Shown piece by piece: positions 12,201-25,819 of a stretch of DNA of 53,929 nt. This DNA is from Octopus sinensis (taxonomy: Eukaryota), in the NCBI RefSeq assembly GCF_006345805.1, contig NW_021834700.1, positions 1 through 53,929 on the forward strand, read 5' to 3'. The translations under genes were made by a program, and so were the position numbers. Under the pieces are notes generated by a model. The model was not told where the DNA came from, ran no database searches, and saw nothing but the letters and a program-made list of their open reading frames with translations. The first letter of the stretch is position 1; every line of letters begins with the position of its first letter.

Positions 12201-13249
12201 TTCTTGCCTTGCATCGTATGTTTTGCCTGAATAATTTATCTACATTTTACTTACTTATATCCTAGAGTCAATTCACGAAAGCACGGGAGAGTGTTAACAA
12301 ACCAATGCTGATGCTTCTATGTGGTTTCAAGACATGCTAGAAATAGTAATGATTTTTCACACTTAACCTCACATTCTATCGTTAATAAGAGAGCTCTTCT
12401 TGTATGAATCTCCTGTAAATTATTCTGTCTTTGGGATAAACTTTTATGCAAACCTAATTTTACATTATCAGGGCTGACATCTGTTGATCAAATAAAGTAA
12501 CACTATCTGCATGATTCATCAAGAATTAGAAACTTACCCGGAAAGTATTAACGCCACTCTGGGTAATACATTTACATATTAAGTTGACAATTTGAAATTT
12601 CAATGAATGCAACATTGTAATATAAGTTAGCAGAACAGAAAAAAAAACGAATTAGAAATACTAATGAACTAATGAAGTATAAGTTAATTAAGACACTTCA
12701 TTAAAACATTGCTAGTAGGACACAAGCTGAATCGTGTAAGGTTGCTGTCATAGACCTTCAGATAAAATATTCGTTTTTGCTTTGTACCTCTAATTGGTGT
12801 TAGGGAATTATCATTTTAAGCTGAATGGAATTGCACCTTTTCTGTCTGTTCTCCTGATATGAGATGTTTATCTTGTACGCGGATTAGTGCTAATTGGAAC
12901 AAATTAATCTTGCTAAATTACCATTCCATTTAAGAGGGAATAATGCATTATGATGGCGTATAACAGGAATAGGAAAACGAGAATGCACAAAATTAGAGTA
13001 AAAAACAAAAAGAACCGAGATAAGACCGAATCTATTGAGGAGGATAAACGACAGGTGAATGGTACAGGTAATTATATTATGATTGAGATTAGAGTTGATA
13101 TTCAGGTTGTTGTATTATGGTTCAGCGTAAATTTTGTAAAATGATCGCAAATGAAAATGAAATAAGGGAGAAGAATGTAACCAAAGAAGACGGAATTAAG
13201 AATCTTAGTTTTTACAAAAAGGCAGCAAAAGATATCATGGTGACTCTTC

Positions 13250-13570
13250 ATATCTCCTTTGTTTGACTTGTATTCCGATGTCTTTGACGATGAGGGTTGC
13301 AGTTGATCCGATTGATGGAACAGCCTTCTCTTGAAATTAACATACAAGTGGCTGTGTAATTCACAGACCTGCATTCCCTTAACGAAATTCTCATGGAAAT
13401 TAAGCATAATACAGAATGTGAGGAGGCTCCTAGAATTCATTTTGTCCAGCTGAGTGAACTGGAGCAACGTGAAATAAAGTGTCTTGCTCAAGGTGCAAAT
13501 GCGCTTCCTGTAATGGAACTCATGACCATACGTCGGTGATCCGGATACCCCTAACCAAAAAGTCACGCTC
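13250..13570 (-). mobile_element. tRNA-derived SINE, diverged
   Basis: CAGCTGAGTGAACTGGAGCAACGTGAAATAAAGTGTCTTGCTCAAG is the reverse complement of the family C core. The tail is shared with 686-1067. Confidence 0.75.
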
Positions 13571-13644
13571 CTTGATTTACAGTGAAACACAGGAAAGTCC
13601 TCTATTTGTTACATTGCATAGATGTGAACTTTCAATATTCACAA

Positions 13645-14265
13645 AGATGGTTCTGTGGTTTAAAATGGTCGCTTTGCAACCACGTGATTGCAGGTTCAGT
13701 CGCACTGATCGTCACGTTGGTCAAGAGACTTCAACTGTAACACTGAGTGGACAAATATCTTGTGAGTGAATCAGGTAGACGGAAACTGTGTGGAAGCCCG
13801 TTGCATGTATACATATATATTTCTTTACTACCCGCAAGGTGCTAGACACAAAGGAGACAAACAAGGACAGACAAACGGATTAAGTCGATTACATCGACCC
13901 CAGTGCGTAACTGGTACTTAATTTATCGACCCCGAAAGGATGAAAGGCAAAGCCGACCTCGGCGGAATTTGAACCCAGAACGTAACGGCAGACGAAATAC
14001 CGCTGAGCATTTCGCCCGGTGTGATAACGATTCTGCCAGCTCACCGCCTTATATACATATATGAATGTGTGGGCGTGTGTCTTTGTCTTTGTTGTCCAAT
14101 CGTGTTGGTTTGTCTACGTCTTCGTAAATTAGCGGGTATGGAAAAGATTATGAATGAATATGTATCAGATTTTAATGAAGTGGTGGAGGCGAGGTTATTC
14201 GACGAAACCCTTGAAGGAGGTGCTCCAGCATGGTCGTGACTTAGTGACTGAAATAAGCAAAGTGT
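13645..14265 (+). mobile_element. Old SINE family A interrupted by a younger SINE B
   Basis: Head at 13645-13810 and tail at 14060-14265 (GGTGCTCCAGCATGG). Confidence 0.75.
13821..14050 (-). mobile_element. SINE family B nested in SINE A
   Basis: Full-length reverse copy. TATACATATAT occurs on both sides (13808-13818 and 14052-14062), a possible target-site duplication. Confidence 0.9.
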
Positions 14266-14383
14266 AAAAGAGATAAGGGATATATAAGAATCCGGTAAAG
14301 TGATAACCTAGTTCAAAGAATCGTAAAAGGGACATGAGAGTGTAACTTTAGTTATAGAACCGAACAGATCGTACGACGTCTTC

Positions 14384-14422
<39 letters not shown>

Positions 14423-14789
14423 AGAAATAAAGAGAGTGGTGGGGGTCGTGGAAGGAAGGCGATTCTATTTATTGTGGCTTTTCAATGATGTGATTGCAAC
14501 ATCATGTGCTATGCTTGTTTCAGTGAGAAAAGGTTCAATAACCTCTTTGATTAAATCAGTTTAGTTTAAAGTTGGGCTTCGACAGAGAGATCGTTTGAAG
14601 GAACGCGAAATATATACAGTTGCTAGGGTAACGTGATGCTTAGAACCGATACTATACAGACATACACACACACAGAGGCACACGTACAGAGAGGCACACG
14701 CACACACACGCAGAGGCACACGCTCATACACACACGTATATATATGTTTATGTGAATGTATGTATAAGTTTATATATAATATATATATA

Positions 14790-15045
14790 TATATATAGGC
14801 ATGTGTGTGCATGTGTATATGTATATATAAGCACGTGTGTGTATGTGTATATGTATATATAGGCACGTGTGTGTATATGTATATGTATATATAAGCGCGT
14901 GTGTGTATGTGTATATGTATATATAAGCGCGTGTGTGTATGTGTATATGTATATATAGGCACATGTGTGTATGTGTATATGTATATATAGGCACGTGGGT
15001 GTATGTGTATATGTATATATAAGCACGTGTGTGTATCTGTATATG
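14790..15045. repeat. 32-bp minisatellite, about 8 units
   Basis: The GCAC/GCGC anchor recurs every 32 nt from 14799 to 15023. Confidence 0.9.
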
Positions 15046-15462
15046 CATATATGTGTGTGTGTATGTGTGGAGGTTTGTATGGTTGTGTGAGTACAATGAA
15101 TCCCTTTAAAACTCCCGTTTCTACTTCCTTTCCGATCTCCTTCTCCGGGTTTCCTCTGTCTTAGTTGAATTCTTCCTATCTTTCATCCATTTTCTTTCTT
15201 TCTTTCTATTTATCTCTTATCTTTCTTTCTTTCTTTCTTTCCTTTTTTCTTTCTTTCTTTTTTCTTCTTTCTTTCTCTCTGTGTTTCTAGTTTCCTTACT
15301 ATCCTTCAATGTATATTTATGTCAATCATTCTATCAATCTAACTATCTATCTGTCTATCTATCTATTTGTTTGTTTGTCTATCTATCCTTTTATCTATCT
15401 ATCTATTTTCTATCTATCTATCTATCTATTTTCTATCTATCTATCTATCTATCTATCTATTT

Positions 15463-15550
<88 letters not shown>

Positions 15551-15759
15551 GTATATTAATTTAATTAACATCAATTTCAAACCAGTGGCCTAGCATATAG
15601 AAAAATCTGAAAATTCAGAAAAAATCTTTAATAAATGCGTATAATAAGGGATGACCCCTAAGTGGACACCCAATATGCTAGAAATAGATCATCTACGATC
15701 TTATAAGTCCTGTGGTTAGATCTATCTATCTATCCATCTATCTATCTATTTATCTATTT

Positions 15760-15808
<49 letters not shown>

Positions 15809-15866
15809 ATATATATATATATTTATCTAATAACTATCTATCAATCTATCTATCTATCTATCTATA

Positions 15867-15899
<33 letters not shown>

Positions 15900-16218
15900 C
15901 TTTTCCTGTCCCTTTTCCTTCATTGCCCTTCATTCCTCTTGCCGACACTGTTCATTTTCCAGGCCCAAATCTACGGCACACAGGCGCGAATTGCCTTTTG
16001 TATTTCCACTTTGCGCCACCCTTCCACTCTCTCTAAATTCCGCTTTTAACACTCCATCAATCTATCCACGGTTTAGCAATTGCCAGCGACGACTATTATA
16101 TATCCGAATATGAGAATGAATATATATATATGAGAGACACTACCTTCCGTTCTTTCTTTCCTCCGATCATCCTACAGACGATGTGGTCGAGGAACTACGA
16201 GTATGCTTTTAAACAAGT

Positions 16219-16256
<38 letters not shown>

Positions 16257-16278
16257 CTATATATATATATATATATTA

Positions 16279-16364
<86 letters not shown>

Positions 16365-16739
16365 ATATATATATATATATCCCATATGGTTACTACACTG
16401 CTGCCATCGAGAAAGTCATCTTTGAAATGCAGTCATTCGTGGCACCATGTCAAACCATCGACGCAGTCGGATCTAATCACCAAGCGTCCAGTGAATTCTG
16501 TCTGAGTTGTATATGAGGAGACGACCACACGTCGCTTAAAACTGCAATTTCACATAGTGATCGATCAATGCAAAACGTACTTTACGATACACACATACAT
16601 AGACACATATGGACATATGTACATAATAGATATACGTGTGTGTGTGTGGTCGTGTGTGTGCGGTCGTGTGTACGTGTGTATATATTTATATACATGCACA
16701 TAAATATATGCATATACATCCATATTATATATATGTCCA

Positions 16740-16787
<48 letters not shown>

Positions 16788-16913
16788 GTATATATGTAGT
16801 ATATAAATATAATATATATATATATATATATCAACATATTTACATATATGTTATAATAGATATATGAAATATATATATATTGTATATATATATATATCCA
16901 TATATATATAATG

Positions 16914-16949
<36 letters not shown>

Positions 16950-18310
16950 AATATATATATATATGTATATATATGTAATATATATAGTATATATATATAT
17001 ATATCCATACATAGGTATGTAGATATTTATATATATGTATATATTATATGTATATATATATTATATATATTATACATATATACATATATATATTATATAT
17101 ATATATATATATTGTATGTGTTGTGGTGCATATATACGTTATATATATATATATGTGTGTATGTGTGTGTGTGTGTATGTGCATATATACGTATATATAT
17201 GTGTATATATGTATGTGTGTGTGTGCATATATGCGTATATAATATATATATATGTATGTGTGTATGTGTGTGTGTGTGTGTGTGTGTCTGTGTTCATGTG
17301 TGTGTGTGTGATTATTAGTCTGCTTGAGAAAGCATTCGAGCCTGAAGCTTTCAGTTGTACCTCACCAATATCGAGCTTCAAATAGACATATAATCTCAAA
17401 CTCTTCCATTGATTCCGCTTTCGGTTTTGATTGTGAAATCAGACACACACACAAACCTAGACGCCTACAAACGCACATATGCACACACATACTAATATAA
17501 ACGTATCCACACACATACACATGTACGCCCTCACACACACACACACATACACATACACACACACGCACACACACATACACACACACACACATATATATAT
17601 ATATACACATACACACACACATATAATATGCATATATAAGTATATTTGTATGTTCATATATTGTGAAACCATGATTTATACCAATGCATATATGTGCGTG
17701 TGTGTATATGTATATGTATATACATACATACATACATACATACATAGATGCACATTTATAACTGTATATGCATATATAAATATATGTATTTACTTTTCTA
17801 TACATGTATTTCTGTGTGTGTATATATATATAACTTGTATATGTATATATTTGCATACATATGTATAGTTGTATTCTAACGCAAACATATAAATATTTAC
17901 AAGCATACATATACACACACATATATGCACATTTATAACTATATATGCTTCTATAAATATTTATATTTACTTATCTATACACATATTTGTGTATATATAT
18001 GCATATGCATATATATATATATATGTACATATACATATATATGCATATATATATATATGCACATATATATATATATATATATATCTATCTATATATAAAT
18101 GTACATTCACTTATAAATACATGTATATATATATATGCATATATATATATAGTTGTATTATAACGCAAACATATATATACATGCTATTATTGTTTAATAT
18201 ATCTGTTTGAGGCAACGAAATATATATCTACGTTTCCGTTTATGTCCATTTCTGTGAATTCAATATGGCTATCAATATTATTATTATTATTATTATTACT
18301 ATTATTATTA

Positions 18311-18353
<43 letters not shown>

Positions 18354-18777
18354 TATTTTCATTTTTGAAGTCGCAAATCATTGCCTCCCAATGGCTAAGG
18401 TGCTTACTGCTTGGAAATCAAACGAAAGCCCACGCTTCAGGGATCATAAATTCGGTTTATCTCTTTTGGGTCTGATAGGCACACATAGAACCATTGTATG
18501 GAGGTCTTATAAATATGTGAGAGAATTTTATATATGCTTTTGATTCTCTTAATTTCCTCAGACACACACACACAACCATATACACGCATTCTCGTATAAA
18601 CACACTACAGACAAACGTAAACACTAATGCACATACCTACGTATAAAAAATATATACGTTCACGCTTACATTGGAATATCAATACAAACATGAGATATAC
18701 ATGTGTGTATTTGACTGAGTGAATGTGTGTATGTGTATGTGTGTGTGTTAATGAAATGAAACATCTATACATGTACG

Positions 18778-18809
<32 letters not shown>

Positions 18810-18919
18810 CATTATACATATATTGTGTTATGGAATATATGCGCATAGTTATACATGAATATTTATAGATATGAATGCATTAATATGAATAGATGACTTA
18901 TACAGACTTGCAAGTAATA

Positions 18920-18963
<44 letters not shown>

Positions 18964-19174
18964 CATATATATATAATATATATATATACATATATACATT
19001 CATACATATATATATACATATATGTATATATAGATAACGTATGTGTGTGTTTGTGTGTCCATGTAAGTATATGCACATATATAAATATATTATTGTATAT
19101 CTATATATATATATATATATATGTCTATGCATATATATATATATATATATATAATGCTATATAATATATGTATG

Positions 19175-19212
<38 letters not shown>

Positions 19213-19809
19213 GGTAAAATGTATATATATATATATATATATATATTTGTACACACACATATATATATATATATATACATACACATATTTACTTTTTCAC
19301 ATGTACATAAGTACATACACACACACACACACTTATCTATAATACATATATAGGACTGTGTAGGTTCGTTGTTGTATACGTACGTGAAAACCACATTTCA
19401 GTAAAATAAAATTAAGTTAGCCGCAGAAGCGCTTAATACCTTAAAAAAATGGCCATGAATAATCTCGAGTCCAATTGGCATCAAAGAGAACCAGATCCGA
19501 ACTGTTGCATCTGTTAAGTTTCTTGCCTCGATATTGGTAAATAACTTGGAAGCGTTCTCATAACCGTTTTCTAGTACTCTGTTTGATTTCAAACGTATTA
19601 AATTCTCCTACATCAATGCCGCTTCTATCCTAAACAAAAACTCATCTGTTTATCTTCGAGCCGGAGAAATTATTTTCTCTCGCGTTACGCATTGTTATTC
19701 TTTTGTCGTTTTCTAGATACGTATATTTAATGTTGGTGTATGCATATATGTATGTGTGTTATATATAATATAATATATATTATATATATATATATATATA
19801 TTATATATA

Positions 19810-19848
<39 letters not shown>

Positions 19849-20321
19849 TTATATATACATATATATGTGTACTTACATAGATATATACATATACATACAC
19901 ATATATATGCATGTATATATATGTGGATATATATATATAGGTACACATATACATATATAAATATATATACATATGCATATATATATATATTTATGTATAT
20001 ATATATTTATTTATTTACTTATTTATATATAGGTGATGTTTTGCAGGTATACATGTGCATATGTGTATGTGGAGAAGTTTCTACGCATGTGTGTACTTAT
20101 GTCTACATACATGCACGTAATAATAGTCACATATATGTGTACTAGGATGTATTTATGTGTATATACACCGCCGTATGTTTGTAGTCATGAATTTATATAC
20201 ATATACTTCTAAGTGCATGAATATGAATGCATTTACGTATCTATACATGCAATATATATATATATATATAAAGATATATATATAACAATATTTACTTCAA
20301 TATATATATTCATATAATATG

Positions 20322-20352
<31 letters not shown>

Positions 20353-20523
20353 TTATACATACATATATATATACATATATATATATATATGTATATATAT
20401 TATATATATACTCATACATATACATATACACAGCAATGTATACGCTCTATCTACATAGTTTGGTAGATGGGTAGAAAGGCGTAGTAGCTACCAACACACA
20501 TACATATTTATCTATCTATCCTT

Positions 20524-20558
<35 letters not shown>

Positions 20559-20789
20559 ATTCAGTCCAGCTGATGCACCACATAAACAATGGCAAAATAA
20601 GTTAACTGTTCAATGAACCATCTAGTGGATCTAGCGAACACACGCATCGAAATACCAACGAAAGTGATGTAAACTCGGATGAAAAGCACCAATTGCGGCC
20701 AAATTGTAATAGAAATGTTTTGATATAGCTAACACGGTAAAACGTCAAAAAACGAAGTCAGACCTACCATACATATACAAATAAATATG

Positions 20790-21216
20790 ATAAATGCGCA
20801 TGCAGAGAAAAATGAAAATGCTGAAAATGCCCATTGAAGAACCTCTGCATGAGTACAAATCTTTTATATAAATGTAAAGTGCATACAAATGGAGACCATA
20901 TTCTTACATTGGTCAGGCGACTGATTCATCTATGAATAGTTATTGCACTGATGTCACCAGCTTTAAGAGAAATACTAATAAGCGCTCAACATCTTTTGCT
21001 GATTTTTTATGGCGAGTGAAAGTAGATAAAGTTAGGTACACTATAACTTGGTCCGTTGTAAGGCACGCAGAACCGTACAATATCATTTTCAGGAGATGAC
21101 GACTCTGCTCCGATGATTTCCTGTCAACTCTGTAGATCAATGAGAACATCATTAATAGAATTTCTGAAGAACTTTCAAAATGCCTGCACACAAATAAATG
21201 TATTTTCGCTCAGTGA
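20790..21216 (+). pseudogene. Penelope-like retroelement GIY-YIG endonuclease domain, decayed (Neptune/Naiad-like)
   Basis: Reads CPLKNLCMSTNLLYKCKVH (frameshift) YIGQATDS...TSF...STSFADFLW...ITWSVVRHAEPYN...RR*RLC...NIINRISE...KCLHTNK. This matches the CPL.G.C...YIG...H..SF...W.I...PY...C.LC...RSE...C.H.NK pattern. Confidence 0.85.
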
Positions 21217-21620
21217 GGTGGGATTGAGTTTGAGTAACTGTTGACATAGTTTGCTTTAAGGTATGGGTGAATTCAGTTTAGCTCCTCATCCTTGTGCGCA
21301 ACAAGTGGCTGTTTGACTCGCTTTAAAATCGCGGGTGCACCGGGCCACACGTGGGGGTGTGCTTGCATTTCCGCGAATGCTTGTGTGAGCGGGTGTGCAG
21401 ACATCTTGCAGATTTACCGGGGGCGATTGTACATCCATATCTGTTAATAGTTATTTTTAATACTTTTTCTTGCTGTATTATGTGTTCGTTTCCTTTTTGC
21501 ATCAATGATTTTATTTTTGACCTTCTATAGAAATGAAGACATTTCCTTCGTTTTTGCTTCTTTTACGAAACTAGAAGATACATTTCGGAACTGTAATTTT
21601 GGCGTGTTGTATCTGTGCAC

Positions 21621-21721
21621 CACCCGATGAGTCACATCTGATCCACTGGATGCTACTGAACCAGTTATTAATGTCACACCCGTGAGGGATCGATGCTAGA
21701 TGTATCGAAACAATTGTCGTG
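21621..21721 (+). ncRNA. Type I hammerhead-like motif with 76-nt branched stem II
   Basis: cac-CCGATGA-[g..acatct..gatcc..actgg/ccagt..ggatc..agatgt..c]-GAAA-CAATTG-TC-gtg. Core has U4>C and stem I is only 3 bp. Confidence 0.55.
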
Positions 21722-22482
21722 ATTATTAATAAAAAGAAACAACATTGTATATATCATCTTCCGACTTATATATAAATTCTTGGTGAGGAATCCGCGTGTC
21801 TGAGTAAACATGCAAATGTTAATACTTGCAGTTTTATTGTCTTTTAAACAGATTTATTAGTTTTAAACATAGCAAGATTTATATTAGTCTATTACAATTA
21901 CATTTATTAGTTCCTATTTAATGAAATGGTATGTGTATATTAGTCACTGGTAAGTTAATATAATAAGTTTTAGTGGTGATACATTAATGCGTATGTAGTG
22001 TTTTATTATCAACCTTTGAATCATAAAAAATATTAGTTAAATTTATCAACTCATAAAATATTAGTTAACTTAATTTCAATCGTGTTTTGCTTTCGAAAAA
22101 AATATTATAAGATTTGAACTTTCATTATAGTAGTATCTATGGAAGACTGCTAGGGTCATTGTTTATATGGACTTAAAGATTGATCACAATTTAGCATATA
22201 ATTTAGTTATTGTAGTTAACTATCAATACAGATACAATGTAAATTGGTTTAAATGTCTCTTGTAGTTTCACTAAGGTTAATATTTTATATATCGAATGAT
22301 TGAAATTATGTGGTTATTAAGCTTTAGTTTTATCTGACACTACGGAAGACAGTAAGGATTATGACTTGATAGAGTTTTCGCTGTTACTTATTTAGTTACG
22401 TATTAGGTGAGGTTGTAATTTACTAATGTAATTTATTTATCGATACGGTTGTACATTAGGTACTTGTGTGTATGTATATATA

Positions 22483-22520
<38 letters not shown>

Positions 22521-22620
22521 TATTTTTAGTTATAAATGATGTACTTAAATGTAGTTGTGTTTATAGCTTCTGCTTTTTCCACGATCACATGTGAGTATTT
22601 TATTTATGTTCCCTCGTAAG

Positions 22621-22681
22621 CTCTACTGAAGAAGAATGTATCCTTTATAGGGATTAATTCTGAAATTGATTCAATATAGAG
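22621..22681 (+). ncRNA. Type I hammerhead ribozyme, intact core
   Basis: CTCTA-CTGAAGA-AGAAT(gtatcctttatagggatta)ATTCT-GAA-ATTG att CAAT-A-TAGAG. Stems I, II and III all pair; predicted cleavage after AUA at 22676. Confidence 0.75.
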
Positions 22682-23551
22682 ATAACGAAATTTAAATTTT
22701 CTAAAGATTAGTTGCCCGCTTTCAGTTCAATTTTCCTGTAACAAATGGATTATAAGTGGATAAATCAGTGTATTGGCTTTAGAATAACCTTCTTTAGCCC
22801 TTAATTATAAGATATATATTTAGATAGATAGATAGATATTTATAGATATAAATATGGTGATTGAAACAGGAAAAATGAGCTCAAAATATGAGTATATGTA
22901 TATTTTCATTAATATTTAGTGGAAGCATCGGAGTGGCTGAATGGCTGAGACATTCGTGCATTGGTATTTGACGTACCAAACTCTCAGCCCTTGAGTAACG
23001 TAGTTGCTTCTGCTAAATAATCACAACAACAACAACAACAATAATAATAGGGCTACAGCAAATATTCTGCTCAATATTTAGATTTGTTTGTCAGTTGTTT
23101 GACGTTAACAAGTTGAACATGTCCCGTAGTGGCTGATGATATCTGCAAATGTGCCCACGAGCAGAAGTAGTGGGGAAGCATCATAGCCATGTTTTGAGAG
23201 GAATTCTTTGGATCTTGAACTATTCAAGCCTGGAAGTACGGGTGTTTCGTTCAGCATCATTGAAAAAAGCTTCACGTGGAAGGTCATGTGCTATTTGTCT
23301 TGATACGAGATCACAATGTCGCGCGCTCATATGTTTGTCATGTATGGTGAATACAACTCCTATATGGGTGAAGCCTACAAATATTTTTCATGTCGAGAAA
23401 GGAATCCCTTGCGTGATATTCTTATTTAATTGAAGGTAGGGACGAACACCAATATTCCATGCAGTGAGGTTGATAATTGTTAAGGGATTTCTCGCATAAC
23501 ATAACACCAATGGTAGCCTTAACCAATAAATAGATTATATTTATATAATAT

Positions 23552-23584
<33 letters not shown>

Positions 23585-23644
23585 GTGTGTGGTGTGTGTG
23601 TGTGTGTGTGTGTCTGTGTGTGTATCTCTTTTACTCTTTTATTT

Positions 23645-23837
23645 GTTTTAGTTATTTGACTGTGGGTATGTCGGAGCACCGCTTTTAGTGGAGCAAACCG
23701 ACCGCAGGTCTTATTCTTTGTAAGCCTAGTACTTATTCTATTGGTTACTTTTGCCCAAGGTCCCACGCAGTGGGACTGAACTCGGAACCATGTGGTTGGA
23801 AAGTAAGCTACTTGGCACACAACCACTCCTGCGCCTA
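23645..23837 (-). mobile_element. SINE family A with internal deletion
   Basis: The head (23752-23837) is joined directly to the 3' tail. Confidence 0.85.
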
Positions 23838-23948
23838 CACACACATATATATATATATATAAATTAAATTATAGATAAAACCACTATTACGCAAATCACA
23901 CAGTGAAAAACATAAACCAAAATATAAAAATAAATATAATTAATATAA

Positions 23949-23993
<45 letters not shown>

Positions 23994-24609
23994 CAATTCA
24001 TTATGTCTAGCCAATTCGTTCTGAATGCATTGGCCAGTCTGGGGTCTAGATGTCTGCATAAATCGAAAGTAACTAAAAAGTCGCTTAATATGGTTGTACA
24101 TGGATTTTAAAGCACTCGTATTAATCTGAATACGTCTTTCTACTCCCACAATAAGCTACAGTATATTCGTGCAAGTTTGTGTCTGTATTGAAAGAGGAAG
24201 TATATAAGTGTATCAATAATGTTTTTGCACTGGAATTAGATTATTTATAGTAAACGTTGTGTGTATTACAGGAATTTAATAATATGTTGTGTAAAATATT
24301 AAATTTAATAAACTTCTAAATTCTACATAATTCTGACATCTTAGCTGTTTTTATGCGAAAAATGAGCTTTCTCATATCAAGTGTGAACGTCTCTTCTCTT
24401 TGAAAATGGAATCAATACTTGTAGTTGGAAAAAAATCTTTCCGAACAGACAAACTTGAGTTGAAACCTCATAAAGATGAAAATATCAACCGAAAAGCAAA
24501 GGGTTCTGGATTCAAATTTAATTACGCCGGAAGCCTTCGACATTTTTTCAAACCAAAATTCTTTTCAAACCAATATCTTCGTACTGTATAGTGGTAGCTT
24601 TATTTACAC

Positions 24610-24810
24610 AGTGAGCTGACAGTATCGAGAGATACATCGGAGAAATTGTTTAATAGCATTACTTCTGGCCTTACGTTCTGGGTTCAAATTCCCCCGACGT
24701 CGGATTTACCTTTCATCATTTCCAAGTAAAAAAAAAAAATCAGTGCCAATCAAGTACTGGCAACGGTAAAATCGATTACTCCAAATCTTCAAAAATGTCA
24801 GTCCTTCACT
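24610..24810 (+). mobile_element. SINE family B, diverged
   Basis: GTGAGCTGACAG...TTACGTTCTGGGTTCAAATTCCCCCGACGTCGG. Confidence 0.7.
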
Positions 24811-25478
24811 CTCGATTAGAAAAGGTTTTATTTACCTGTATTTGGTTAAAAAGAGACCATGATCAATGGCTAGAAGCGTATTGAGCGAAAACTTAACAAC
24901 CAGTTAATTTAGCAGGCGGGTCGTCATTGCATTGAGGAGGGCCAATGCACAATGATGCCGTCGTGAGGTAGGTCCCGAAACGGCACGCATTGTCTTCTGA
25001 GGACCCCAAAAACTTGCTCGCATCGTGTATGCGGAACTTTTAACTAGAAGCATCTGTAAGTTGTTTTAAAACATCTACATCTGGTTCTTCACTCCGGCTT
25101 CATATAATTTCAATATATATACATCTCTGTGTAATATACAATGGAATTAACTTCGGAGCAAATGTTTAGTAGAAGAACATAGAAAGTAAAATAAGTGTGT
25201 GTGTGTGTGGCACAGATTCTCGAGATTTGGCTGAGATATAATAGTTTAACTCCGATTTGGTGAAGCCATAACAAAACCAGTTCTCTTCAGTAATATATGT
25301 CTAGCCCCACATCGATAAGGCTGAATGATTGACAGGTTATAAACAGGATTTGCCATCAATGAGCTTCACTGAACTTAGTAAGAACATCCCTAATATATTC
25401 ATTAATGCGTGTAATCTTTGATATAATTTTAAAAAAGCACACAGAACCCATTATATTCATTTCAACATGTTAATTTAA

Positions 25479-25529
25479 TTTGTCAAAATATTTTCGTCGC
25501 TTTGAAACCGCAACCTATTCAGTGACAAA
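25479..25529 (-). ncRNA. Minimal HHR motif with core mutation (probably inactive)
   Basis: TTTGTCA-CTGAATA-g-GTTGC ggtttcaaa GCGAC-GAA-AATATT(T)-TGACAAA. Stem I is 7 bp and stem III is palindromic, but G8>U. Confidence 0.55.
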
Positions 25530-25566
25530 ATTCTGTGCTGCATCTGAGAAAGTAACAGTGAGATTA

Positions 25567-25608
<42 letters not shown>

Positions 25609-25735
25609 TGCATATCTATGTACATATGAGAGTATGTACGCATTTGTATTTTGAAGTCAATCTAACGGTTTTTGTGTGCTTTTTGAATATAAAAATAATT
25701 ATTATTTTATATATACTTATACTTATATATATATA

Positions 25736-25785
<50 letters not shown>

Positions 25786-25819
25786 GTTTATGTATATAAA
25801 TGTGTGAGTGTGTGTGTGG

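Noticed and set aside
19425-19610. Minus ORF KSNRVLENGYENASKLF...HFFK with AAG|gtatta donor
   Set aside because: No compatible acceptor and no homology recognised.
23290-23345. CAICLD RING-like motif
   Set aside because: The remaining RING ligands are absent, and the frame begins inside a repeat.
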